A stretch of DNA of 64,000 nucleotides from the IMG/VR virus record IMGVR_UViG_3300023707_000001; one strand, 5' to 3'. Below, piece by piece: positions 29,401-38,666 of this stretch. The translations under genes and the position numbers were made by a program. Under the pieces are notes generated by a model. It was given only the letters and a program-made list of their open reading frames with translations, did not search any database and was not told where the DNA came from. Origin of the DNA: a virus (taxonomy: Duplodnaviria > Heunggongvirae > Uroviricota > Caudoviricetes). Positions within the stretch are counted from its first letter, which is position 1, and the number at the start of each line of letters is the position of its first letter.

Positions 29401-31471
29401 TATCGAGCAGGATAATATGTATCACGACCTGCGCGAATACATGGTATTTACCGAGCCGGGGCTTGTTGTCAATTACGAAATAGAGCCTGGCATCGAGGAG
29501 AACATTGTTGTAAAAGAGAAGCTCGTAAACAAGCTCAAGTTCTCAAATATCAACGACCTGAAGGTTTACCAGGGCAATGCGCTCTTGACCAGCGGGTACG
29601 AAGTGATGAAAGATGAGGGCCTTATCATATGGTCCGATGAACGGTATCTCGGCATCCCGCTGCGTATCGTTTATTCCATTAGACGGGCATCCACAGTATC
29701 TTATACAAAAGAGTATGAGGATAAACTGTATAATCTGGTAAACTTCTCCGCAGAGGCTTATAAGCTTATTGGTACAAATACTTATAAGAACTGCCCGGAT
29801 GGAGCACGATACAATCTTCGATTCGATGAAGAGCCGGATAAAATCATCACGGCATGCACGAATGCGTCGTTTAGTACATCTATCCTCAATGGCGTATTAA
29901 CCGCCGCCCGCATAACGGATGAAGATAAGATAGCGGTTCATAACGGCTATATTTATGACCAGGGGCGGGAGTATTACTACTTCAGTGATATTTTCAATGA
30001 CCGGGTAGATGCATTCAGTAACATCGAACTTCACGACGTAAGCAGGATGAATGGCGAATTGCTGTTCCATATGCGCTCCACAAACTACCTGCCGTACTCA
30101 AATATGAGGACTTCGGTTATGGCAAAGCTTTGTTCTGTAGACCTCACGAAGCGTCTGCCGAAGGGAATCAGTAAGGCTGCGCACCAAACAGCATGCGAAA
30201 GCTTTAACCTCTGGCACAATATAAATATGAAGGTTGCGCTGACAGAAAACGGCATGAATAGCTACGGTCTCAATTTCAAGTCGGCTGATAAAACAGGCGG
30301 ATATGCTGCGCTGGATATTACATCGTTTTATATCGAGGGGCATGCAATCTCGCTGTACATTGTCGGCGACTTGAAAGCAAGTATCGTTAAGGAGACGCAG
30401 GTTGATGGCCTGACCATGACGAAATCCATTTTCCTGGAGACAAAAGATGGATATGAGCTGGAGCGGGAAAAAGACCTCGCTTACGGCATCTGTGGCAAAC
30501 CTGAAAAAAATTGCAGATACTTCCTCGTGCTCTCAGGAACGAGCGGAACGATTGACGATATTGTGTCTCTTCCGTACACCGACCTGAAAGGGATTAAAGA
30601 ATCACACAGGAAGAACATTAATAAGCTGAACTTTAACATTGCCGAAAAGATGCCCGAAAAATACGAATGTGATTTGGAATTCGATATTGCGGGTGCTGCT
30701 TACAAAGACTTGAATATTCACAGCCAGACAAAAGAGATTGAGACGTCGGCAAACGTTGAATATGGTCTTACCTTGGCAGAATCCATTGACCTTGAGCAGT
30801 GTCTGATATCCAGGATGCAGCTTAAGAAGGGCACACTCATAACGACACTTGACGGCGGAAGCGCAAGAACGCCAGTATTCTTTACGCATACAAAGTCGTC
30901 CATCTATGCACTCTATGTAAAAGTGAACGACATTATTGAGGGGCAGTACAAAGGATTTACAATCAAATTGTACGGCTCAAACACGAGAAGCGGCGGATAT
31001 ACTCTGCTTGCTACGGAGGAAAATGCAAATCTGCTTTCAATACCACACAACCTCGTTCGGAATTACTACTATGTCGAAGTTATTGCGAATAAAAACAAAG
31101 TAATTCATAGCATAGATGTTTATGCAAGATACGCAGAAACGGAAGATGGCGGCATGTTGGCGCCGACAAGAATTAGTCAGGGAACATTCATTAGCAAGAT
31201 TTACGATATGGGTGAAAAAGCAAATTATATTCTGAAAGATATTTGTTACAAAACAAATAATCAGGATGAATATGTAGAGTTCTATATCAGAGGTGCTCGT
31301 GAAGGAAAAAGCAATCTGGTATTTACGCCGTGGAGAAAATATGCGGCAAATAGCGATAAGCTCAAAGAGATTCGTTATGATGACTATTCTCTGTTCCAGT
31401 TTAAAATCAATGTTAATAGCCCAACGGTTACATTGACGGTTGATAAATTTAGAATGGTGGTTGCATCTTAA
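26438..31471 (+). CDS. Large baseplate/virion structural protein (1677 aa)
   Basis: Follows baseplate J; wedge-like WNAFDEFALFAGLTRYGNETNSEL motif; beta-rich. Confidence 0.55.
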   Translation: MSLSLETVLPSMKQSFPSWSDIRKRTDKSVGGALIKSYACEADYIQDAINEYRKLFFLLNYKDHEEEFADYLYIATVGKQNEISVVGFPCQVTEDDDLFYNNMDKMALYKNGYLMFHENILPNGAEQKTVQYKTENKNVYEAELHKEHIWNAFDEFALFAGLTRYGNETNSELAARTVQIFKEFPNPTGDGLRNAVKDAIAPHEKIEDEAIDIYTFGDKKFTLSREDHRAMYEDMVQLNRDIFRAKVWNRDIWEHGFQKTDYIPHVWDAPMEAVQNGVGYNDSLRADYIKRLGQSETTDIEVNAYKKDFERIRQYIGRTNVEASIQLTLTKYTDEVNPKNVEFCVRAYDVKKIDKPENIHVLGTRKQNGEKRYYVDDLDVETYGVTRVEGNHLEENASYKLKFTPKDTFAGMSIEKCALVSDSGEKDLRKEYSYYKMQNGSIVNQNVAAHVTSTAQITINHNVEDCSTGITVGHGDSKGLFGVDVTGMGKELVNYSVACRRIDITSSSYIEGRNGFEISEDGKSFESTRPDSLGQIIIGGQGREMSCNSYSFTLDKSDIPALQGAITVTEIVDGQVTQMTYRQPQDIVREFKKRSTVQVIIQKYGQNPVKIKNIAMASYDVNVGLSDGTPLTMSGKTIRLPENVDGKVLNVEIIPYTAAYPVVEYLHIGGSLKGARYEVDFNTDGLKNPKLDIDTDCNITLYKKSGGSSILVGDEYKYTTKARFKNTTSDPGQIILDLSDFASISSASQKIKDQYKGMNKKYIELAPGEEIFEMDITGEVIRQVTNKPILWHLFGDDTKNKELYATRGTNGYILVKDTESGETKKVTIRYEDLDGRADSYQLTGLSHELSAEFVTANGEIRETVNSGTGSIFDHLGITYKQASEYVAYNTFSMIREKQSGVELVNTFTPVMSMTELKYYVIASTKNAREDKVCFETSGDNWSLGVDEKGISITTVLETKNADSWIISINNVNNRYILANEVPLEERYFIEQDNMYHDLREYMVFTEPGLVVNYEIEPGIEENIVVKEKLVNKLKFSNINDLKVYQGNALLTSGYEVMKDEGLIIWSDERYLGIPLRIVYSIRRASTVSYTKEYEDKLYNLVNFSAEAYKLIGTNTYKNCPDGARYNLRFDEEPDKIITACTNASFSTSILNGVLTAARITDEDKIAVHNGYIYDQGREYYYFSDIFNDRVDAFSNIELHDVSRMNGELLFHMRSTNYLPYSNMRTSVMAKLCSVDLTKRLPKGISKAAHQTACESFNLWHNINMKVALTENGMNSYGLNFKSADKTGGYAALDITSFYIEGHAISLYIVGDLKASIVKETQVDGLTMTKSIFLETKDGYELEREKDLAYGICGKPEKNCRYFLVLSGTSGTIDDIVSLPYTDLKGIKESHRKNINKLNFNIAEKMPEKYECDLEFDIAGAAYKDLNIHSQTKEIETSANVEYGLTLAESIDLEQCLISRMQLKKGTLITTLDGGSARTPVFFTHTKSSIYALYVKVNDIIEGQYKGFTIKLYGSNTRSGGYTLLATEENANLLSIPHNLVRNYYYVEVIANKNKVIHSIDVYARYAETEDGGMLAPTRISQGTFISKIYDMGEKANYILKDICYKTNNQDEYVEFYIRGAREGKSNLVFTPWRKYAANSDKLKEIRYDDYSLFQFKINVNSPTVTLTVDKFRMVVAS

Positions 31472-33336
31472 TGCAGGAAATCTTTCAGACAAATGGCCGC
31501 GTAGAAGGCTTGAATGGCATGCACTTCTATGAGCAGGACATTGTTATGCTTAACTACATATATACCGGCGATGTAGTAATTGACGCAGAGGTTGATTACT
31601 GCATGCCCGGTTTTGGCTTTGTGTTTGCTTCATACGGCATTGGATTAACCAGTGCTGATGAGGCGCGCAGTGCCATTCTGGCAAAAGTCGGCAGCCTGGA
31701 TTTCTCCGTATACAAGAAAAACCTTGGTACGCAAAGCAGGCTTTACAACAGCAGCTGTCCGCTAAAGCCAGATAAAAAGACACACAAGCTGAGATTCAGA
31801 AAAACAGGAACATATGTTTACTGCTACGAGCTTGTTGGCGATAAAGAGCAGGAGCTATCACACTGTAATACAAAAGTCGATATTGATAAATTCTTTATAG
31901 GGGTATATTCCAATAAAGGCAATACGCTTCGAGTGATGGACGTTTACGATAACCGTCCGCAGTATTGGTTCACGAGTATCCAAAACACAAATGGCGGAAG
32001 AATCTCATTCGAGCAGAATGCCTTTAAGGTGGAAAATGCGGAAAAGGATGCCGAAATTGAACAGGAATTAATATTCCTCAAAAGAGGCAGATACTTCCTG
32101 GACTATAAAGAGGAAGCCGTAAACGACGACCTCGATAAGCGGGTATACATCTTTGATTCAACTGAACCTAGAATTAAAGCCCCAGAGAAAACGAAGTTGA
32201 AGTTCGACGAATTGCGTTATGGGAAAATTCCATACTTTGATATGGATAGGGATGGATACGTAAACATTCTTTGGCAGATTGCTTCCGGCCGCATATCCAA
32301 TATCGCAATCAAAGATGATTGCCGGCAAGATTTTGTAACAACAGATGAGTCTGCAGAGGAAAAAGAAGGAAGTTACATCCTCTTAAAACTGAAAGGGATA
32401 AAGGGGGCAAAATGGGTAGGCGTTATTGAAAAGACGCCGGCCGCAGCATTAACCCAAAAAATCCCATACAGTCTTTTTAGCTATGACGGCATGACGCTCG
32501 ATATGGATGTGTCCCATGTAAAACTGGAAAGGCCATACAATTATGCATTCGAGTACATCGATGTAGATACCTGGAAGTTGACAATTACAGAGGTTGGAGA
32601 GGACGAAGATGTTGTATACGAACATGTCTATCATTCCAAAAACACATCGGCCAGAATATTTGACAGCATAACGGCAACCATATCCAGCTTCACGCTGATT
32701 AAGGAAGACGGGGAAGAAACGGATGTGATTAACCGCAGAACAATTCGCAAAATTGTCCCTGCAGCCGTTAAGGGCCCCATTATTGTCACGGATAGCGACA
32801 ATATTCCACTTGACCTTTCTGCCTCGTACCGTATACTCCCGGATGGCCGGGCAATCTTTACCAATTATGAACGTGAGATTTTTGACGTAGCGGAATCGCT
32901 GGTACTGGATAAAATTCCGAGCGATGGAGCGGATATTGTACTGTATGGTATTCGTGGTGATGTCGATAGGACTAAGCTGTATCATGTCCGGGACGAAGCG
33001 ATTGTAACCGACATTAGCGCAGCATCACAGCGATACGACTTGATAAGCGGTGACCTGTTCCAGCTTATAGATGGTCAAATCATAAAGCTGGACGACAGTG
33101 TTCTGCATAACGGATATAAAACATTTATCGTGGACTACTTAAAAGATGACAGCTATTGCATAAACATGTCCGAAGATGGCATGGAATATGTGGTCGATAT
33201 TGTTACAAAATCCGGCGTCGTAAATACGCTTTACGATATGGCAGAAGATGGCCGTGTCAGGGCCTACAAGATTGACGAAACAATAAAACCTGGAGATAAC
33301 AGTTACTTAGTATTGAGAAAGGATGAGTTAAGCTGA
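31471..33336 (+). CDS. Putative virion structural protein
   Basis: 621-aa ORF coupled to the previous gene (TAATG overlap). Confidence 0.5.
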   Translation: MQEIFQTNGRVEGLNGMHFYEQDIVMLNYIYTGDVVIDAEVDYCMPGFGFVFASYGIGLTSADEARSAILAKVGSLDFSVYKKNLGTQSRLYNSSCPLKPDKKTHKLRFRKTGTYVYCYELVGDKEQELSHCNTKVDIDKFFIGVYSNKGNTLRVMDVYDNRPQYWFTSIQNTNGGRISFEQNAFKVENAEKDAEIEQELIFLKRGRYFLDYKEEAVNDDLDKRVYIFDSTEPRIKAPEKTKLKFDELRYGKIPYFDMDRDGYVNILWQIASGRISNIAIKDDCRQDFVTTDESAEEKEGSYILLKLKGIKGAKWVGVIEKTPAAALTQKIPYSLFSYDGMTLDMDVSHVKLERPYNYAFEYIDVDTWKLTITEVGEDEDVVYEHVYHSKNTSARIFDSITATISSFTLIKEDGEETDVINRRTIRKIVPAAVKGPIIVTDSDNIPLDLSASYRILPDGRAIFTNYEREIFDVAESLVLDKIPSDGADIVLYGIRGDVDRTKLYHVRDEAIVTDISAASQRYDLISGDLFQLIDGQIIKLDDSVLHNGYKTFIVDYLKDDSYCINMSEDGMEYVVDIVTKSGVVNTLYDMAEDGRVRAYKIDETIKPGDNSYLVLRKDELS

Positions 33337-35108
33337 AAATATATCCATCTCCGCATGTTGTGCGGGCAACAAAAAAACCTGGCTTTTTAGACATCCCGCT
33401 CTCACACGTTGAAAAAGACTACCATCCCCAGAAAATTGTTGTCGAAGTAGAACCCGATTTTTCCGTGGGGAAAGAAACTTATGTTGCTCCATACCAATGG
33501 TTTACGACCCGAAACTTTATTGCATTTGACGAGAACAGGCAGGCAGTTGACCTGCCACTCCGTCACAGCAATCACCGGTTTATTTATGAGCCGGCCGGAT
33601 ATAAGGAATTTACACCAGAAGAATTTACATTCTCCTGTATGGTGAAACGCGATGACCGTTATTCCAGTATCAACGACTACAATATGCATATTGGTGTTCT
33701 GAATCAGACAGGAGCAAAAGATTTTGCTTCAACGATTATTGCGATATTCGGTGACGCCTCTTACCGTGGGGTATCACCAGCCAACGTAAAAGTAAATGGC
33801 CGTGACACCAACCCGGAAAGCCTCCTTGTAAAAGATACGGAAAATCTTGACTGGATTATCATTCAGTCAAAAGACGGTGTGCAAACCAAGGACGGCAGCA
33901 TTGCTGAGCTTGATTACGAAACCATAATGAAGAACGGGTGCAATGTTTGGGTTACACTCTCGGATGAAGGCATGGCTGCCTTTATGGATAAGAGCAAGGA
34001 TGCTTACACGATAAAGGCGGAAGACCTTGGTGTGAATGAACTCGGTGGAAAAACGGAGTATTCATTCTTCGCAGATTACGGGTATGTAATAAAAGAGAAT
34101 GTTAATTACGATGAAAACCTGAACACGGGCGCACTGAGCGTTATCCTTGACGGAAACGGAAAGAGTGCTCCAATGGCAATACTGGAAAAACCGGACCGAG
34201 GATACATTGTAATCTCCCATGAAAAGATTTTTTCGGAAAGAAACATCAAAACTTACGCACCGCTGATTTACAACATTTTGGTTTCCTGTTTTCTCAACGG
34301 GTATACGAGAACAAGGACGCAGTATTTGTGGATAACCAATGACGTTGTTGATTATATCGGTTCAACCAATACTCCATTGAGGAGAAAACACCCGGCTGTA
34401 AATATCCGAAAAGAAGTTGACTCTAAAATAGAAAATTTCCGCATCGTCGAGTATAGTATCGATAAAGCAGACGTAATGCTTGACATGATTGATAAAAACG
34501 GCGAAGTGTATTTCAGCAAGCTCTTGATAACAGACCCTCCGCGTCAAAACGGAGATATATCCGTATATACAACGCAGGGGACAGTTATGCTGCATAAACA
34601 GACACAGTATAGCCTTATTGAAGATGAGGTGCATCTGCTTACGGAAATCAATGACGAAAATTGTTATGTCACGGTGGAACCGTTCGTATCATCTTCCAAC
34701 CGACTGGTTTTAAGCAAGCCAAAACGGATGAAGATTGAGTACATTGATATGACCTATGATGTATATGCCCTTCCGATTGGCGTAGATGGTGAATCGGAAG
34801 TTATGCTGATAGAGCGCAGCAAATGGCAAACCATGGGCGCCGCAGTTAGAATAGCGAGTGTACATGTTGAATTTGTTGGCGAGCCTGCAGCATATGATAT
34901 CCGTCAGCTCGGAGGAGGCCTCCCTGCAGAATATACAGATTATGAAATGATGGATGTTGGGCATATTAAAGGGCGGCCATACCGTGTTGGTGTAAGCGCC
35001 GTTATAGAACTGCCGAAAAATTATCGTGAATACGATGCAAGAATCAAAGAGTCAGTAGACCGCTACAAAGTGGCCGCAGACCAAATTTATGTAACTTACA
35101 AGAATTGA
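33333..35108 (+). CDS. Putative virion/baseplate protein (probable CTG start MKIYP...; alternative GTG at 33360)
   Basis: In-frame CTG overlaps the upstream TGA stop, with GAAAGGA upstream; C-terminal YDIRQLGGGLP..GRPYR motif. Confidence 0.5.
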   Translation: MKIYPSPHVVRATKKPGFLDIPLSHVEKDYHPQKIVVEVEPDFSVGKETYVAPYQWFTTRNFIAFDENRQAVDLPLRHSNHRFIYEPAGYKEFTPEEFTFSCMVKRDDRYSSINDYNMHIGVLNQTGAKDFASTIIAIFGDASYRGVSPANVKVNGRDTNPESLLVKDTENLDWIIIQSKDGVQTKDGSIAELDYETIMKNGCNVWVTLSDEGMAAFMDKSKDAYTIKAEDLGVNELGGKTEYSFFADYGYVIKENVNYDENLNTGALSVILDGNGKSAPMAILEKPDRGYIVISHEKIFSERNIKTYAPLIYNILVSCFLNGYTRTRTQYLWITNDVVDYIGSTNTPLRRKHPAVNIRKEVDSKIENFRIVEYSIDKADVMLDMIDKNGEVYFSKLLITDPPRQNGDISVYTTQGTVMLHKQTQYSLIEDEVHLLTEINDENCYVTVEPFVSSSNRLVLSKPKRMKIEYIDMTYDVYALPIGVDGESEVMLIERSKWQTMGAAVRIASVHVEFVGEPAAYDIRQLGGGLPAEYTDYEMMDVGHIKGRPYRVGVSAVIELPKNYREYDARIKESVDRYKVAADQIYVTYKN

Positions 35109-37078
35109 GGCATCAAATGATAGAAAATAAATTAAAGGTGATAGACTTCTCTGCAGCCTTGCGGTCAGAACCTCTTAATTACAACTTTGATATCGTAAAG
35201 GGATGGGTTGACCGTGAACGCCTCCGCACAGGAGGTTACGGATTGGTAGAAGGTTTTGATATCTCCTATGCGGGAAATTATTTCGTGGATATTGGTGAAG
35301 GTATTCTAATTGACATGGCCGGCGAAGAAATCATTGTGCCGCCCACCAGACTTCAGTTCGCACCGCCCATGTATGAAAGAATTACAGAACGTGTACAGGT
35401 ATCGGAAGATGGTGAAATTCTGCTCAAGTATACGCCCTATTCTCCATCCGCAGAAGGACTGATATTTGTAAATGCTTATCGGGCAACCAATTACAAACCG
35501 GAAGAGCTTGTCATTAGGGAACCGAGTGGTACGCTCGGCAACCTGAAAGCTATCAATGTAGATGGCAGAAAGATTGGCGTTACTACTCGTGCTGCCGGCC
35601 TGATTGTCGAAGTAGAGTATTGCTACTGCAATGACCGTGTGGATGCCATTATGATTAATGATAAGGCCCAGTACAGCACAGAGTTTGGTATTAATGCAGA
35701 GTCGCCAAGTGCTGCCAACGTAAATCTCGATAAAAGATTCTTAATTGCTTTTGCGCACTGGATTATCGGCGAGACGATTGATGTGGAATTTATCGTTGAC
35801 GATAGAACATACCGAAAGGTATACGTTGACCGATTAAACCGCCTCTTCTTAAACGGCAAACTTTACCAGGAACCACGCTTTATCTATTTTGTGGAGCCGG
35901 AATCTCCCGAAGAAAATGATATCTGGTATGACTACGACAGCAATACCTTAAACATCTGGTCCAGAACAAATGGTGTATGGGGCTGGCGCATTATGAACGA
36001 TTTTACGAATGTGCCGCTTAGAACCATAAAAATGTGGACGGTAAAAGAATTCCCTGAAGACGGCCAGACCTTCCTGTTCGATGAAAGCGAAACGAATCTT
36101 CGGTTTATCCCCAACACGAATGCACTGGAAATCACCATTGACCAGCAGGTTGTTATGGCTGACCAGTTTACTGAGGTAGTGCAGGCGGGAACAAAACCAT
36201 ATTTATCATCCGGTATCGGCTTCAAGCTGGTTGAGCCTTTGGACAGGCCAACTGTTGTACAGTGCGTAGTTCATCATGTTGTAAAAAATGCTCCGTTAAA
36301 AAACGTGTTCCAGCGGGCGGCAATTTTTACGGCAGAGAACTTCTTCCCGTATAATGCAGCAATAAACCCGGACAAGATTTTTGTAACTGACCTTCCGTAT
36401 GCGATTAAGGCAAGTCAGCTTGAGGTATTTGTGGATGGCCGCAGACTGATTCGCGACCTGGACTTTGCTGAAATGGTAGATGGTGAAAAGAACGCTACTG
36501 ATTCGGACAAGGATGTTACAACAAAATACTTCCGCATCATGTGTCCAATTGAGGATGGGCAACAGGTTTCTTATAAAATTTCCCGTTATGTCTGGAGCTA
36601 TGACCAGCTTAACGAAATGATGAACGAGATTGAACAGAAGGCTGATAAGGCCCTGAAAGACCTGACCACACTCAATGATAAGGTTGATACGATGTCTGAT
36701 AATATCGGCAAAGTATTGGACTCCTTAAAAGAGAGAATGGAAAATGCGGAAGCAAAACTTGAAACGCTGAAAGAGTACAGAAAGACATCGGAAAAGATAA
36801 AGGTAGACGACCTGGCTGACGATTTACGCAAAGGCGTTATCAAGTCTCGCGCACAGATGGTATTTAACGCTTCCAATATTGATAACACAATTGCGGATTG
36901 CAAAAAAGAAGATTATGTACATATCGTGTGTGTTAATAACGAAGGTGTCGTACCGCTCAATGAGGATTCCGAGTATAGTCTCGTCTATGTAGAAGACGGC
37001 GCGATTATTGATTTGGAATCCGAATGGATGTCTCCGGATAATACTTTGTATGTAAACATTATCCGCATAGGACGATGA
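35105..37078 (+). CDS. Putative tail fibre/baseplate-attachment protein with coiled coil
   Basis: GYGLVEGFD, PEENDIWYD, LEVFVDGRRL modules; C-terminal coiled coil. Start TTG 35105 or ATG 35117. Confidence 0.5.
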   Translation: MRHQMIENKLKVIDFSAALRSEPLNYNFDIVKGWVDRERLRTGGYGLVEGFDISYAGNYFVDIGEGILIDMAGEEIIVPPTRLQFAPPMYERITERVQVSEDGEILLKYTPYSPSAEGLIFVNAYRATNYKPEELVIREPSGTLGNLKAINVDGRKIGVTTRAAGLIVEVEYCYCNDRVDAIMINDKAQYSTEFGINAESPSAANVNLDKRFLIAFAHWIIGETIDVEFIVDDRTYRKVYVDRLNRLFLNGKLYQEPRFIYFVEPESPEENDIWYDYDSNTLNIWSRTNGVWGWRIMNDFTNVPLRTIKMWTVKEFPEDGQTFLFDESETNLRFIPNTNALEITIDQQVVMADQFTEVVQAGTKPYLSSGIGFKLVEPLDRPTVVQCVVHHVVKNAPLKNVFQRAAIFTAENFFPYNAAINPDKIFVTDLPYAIKASQLEVFVDGRRLIRDLDFAEMVDGEKNATDSDKDVTTKYFRIMCPIEDGQQVSYKISRYVWSYDQLNEMMNEIEQKADKALKDLTTLNDKVDTMSDNIGKVLDSLKERMENAEAKLETLKEYRKTSEKIKVDDLADDLRKGVIKSRAQMVFNASNIDNTIADCKKEDYVHIVCVNNEGVVPLNEDSEYSLVYVEDGAIIDLESEWMSPDNTLYVNIIRIGR

Positions 37079-37103
37079 CCTGATTTTGGAGGTAATGTAG
37101 GAC

Positions 37104-37553
37104 ATGGAAAAACCCTCAATAACATGGTTTGTTCGGCGCGAGCAGGAAGATAATTACGAAGAAACAAGTGACTTCTATGCTGGCTCGTACAATCAGGAGG
37201 ATAACCTGGAAATAGAGTTCATGATTTGGAACAATCGGTATGGTACAGAGCGTGTCGCGGATTTGAAGGATTTCGGCATCACGGTATCATTTGACCACGA
37301 AGAGGACGGGAGCCTGCTTAAGTACTGTCAGTTTGTATTAAACGGTGGTTACTGGCTCACGCCACAAGTGGCAGGCAATGAAGCCACGGTACAATTTCCG
37401 AAGGATACTATATTAAGTGGCGCAATCAATAATGGGGAGTTGGGTAACTCTGAAAATTACCTGACGCTCAAAATGATCTTGGCTGTTCCGTCAGGAAAGA
37501 AACTGAAGATGAACGATATCAAGGGCATGACTTTTAGTGTTACAAACTTATAA
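37104..37553 (+). CDS. Hypothetical virion protein
   Basis: 149 aa, GGAGG RBS, in operon. Confidence 0.55.
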   Translation: MEKPSITWFVRREQEDNYEETSDFYAGSYNQEDNLEIEFMIWNNRYGTERVADLKDFGITVSFDHEEDGSLLKYCQFVLNGGYWLTPQVAGNEATVQFPKDTILSGAINNGELGNSENYLTLKMILAVPSGKKLKMNDIKGMTFSVTNL

Positions 37554-37558
37554 AGGGG

Positions 37559-38638
37559 ATGCTGTTCTTGAATAATAAAACCACAATTGGTTTTAATGAC
37601 AATTATCCTTACGGGAATGGCGGAGCAAGCGTCACAGATAGGGTTATTACCGATAAGATGTTGTCTGATTTGGAGCTTCGTCTGGCGGCAGAAGGCCTTC
37701 CGGACAAGCTCAATCAAAAAACACTTGTACTTGACCCTACAACCGGGCAAATTGTAATTGGTGACGGGTCAGGAAATCCCAAAGTAATATCCTGCATAAA
37801 GGTAATTGGTACATTAGACGACCTGCCTGTAACCGGCCTTAATGACATGCTTTATGTCGCCATTTTTGAAAAAGCATTCGCTATTTGGGATAGCAGCAAC
37901 AATGCTTATGTAAAAATGGGAACCGGCGATTCGGGAAGTACCGCGCTGGATAAATCGGTTGAAACATATCCGTCGGTTGCAAATTTCCCGCTCGAAGGCG
38001 AAAAAGACAAACTGTATGTTACATATAGCGGCAAGAGCTACTTCTTTGTTGATGGAAAGTACCGCCCCTTGTTTAGTGGAGGTGTGGATGCTTACACGAA
38101 AGAGGAAGCAGACGAGCTTTTCGCAAAGGAAGAAGTTCTTGGACAAAAGGCAGACGCAGAGTCAGTTTACACAAAGAATGAAGTAGATGACCTTTTAAGC
38201 ACGGTTCAAGCTGAAAAAGGTGAGCAGGGCGAAAAGGGAGACCAAGGTGACCCGGGTAAATCTGCTTATGACATTGCTTCGGAGGCCGGATTTGACGGAA
38301 GCGAAGAAGAATGGCTGGAGTCTCTGCGTGGCGAGCAAGGTGCAGATGGTATTTCTGGACGAGATGGTGCGTCCGCTTACGAGATTGCCAAGAATAACGG
38401 CTTTACTGGGACAGAAGAGGAATGGCTCGAATCCTTAAAGTCGGATGCTGACGTTTCAGTTGTTACACCAGACGATATTGACGCACTCTTTAATGAAAGG
38501 GAAGAGCAGAAGCTGGAAGATGTTCTCTCCGTCGCTTCTCTTGAAGAGGTCGATGCCTTGTTCAAGAATAAGCCAGTCATGGAAGTAGAACCTCTGCGCA
38601 TCGCTTCCCTTGAAGAAATAGATGCTCTTTTTCAATAA
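37559..38638 (+). CDS. Collagen-like fibre protein
   Basis: G-X-Y repeats; two SAY(D/E)IA..GF.G(S/T)EEEWLESL modules; three C-terminal (D/E)(I/V)DALF repeats. Confidence 0.7.
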   Translation: MLFLNNKTTIGFNDNYPYGNGGASVTDRVITDKMLSDLELRLAAEGLPDKLNQKTLVLDPTTGQIVIGDGSGNPKVISCIKVIGTLDDLPVTGLNDMLYVAIFEKAFAIWDSSNNAYVKMGTGDSGSTALDKSVETYPSVANFPLEGEKDKLYVTYSGKSYFFVDGKYRPLFSGGVDAYTKEEADELFAKEEVLGQKADAESVYTKNEVDDLLSTVQAEKGEQGEKGDQGDPGKSAYDIASEAGFDGSEEEWLESLRGEQGADGISGRDGASAYEIAKNNGFTGTEEEWLESLKSDADVSVVTPDDIDALFNEREEQKLEDVLSVASLEEVDALFKNKPVMEVEPLRIASLEEIDALFQ

Positions 38639-38666
38639 AATAAAAACGAAAGGAACGGAGTGAAAC

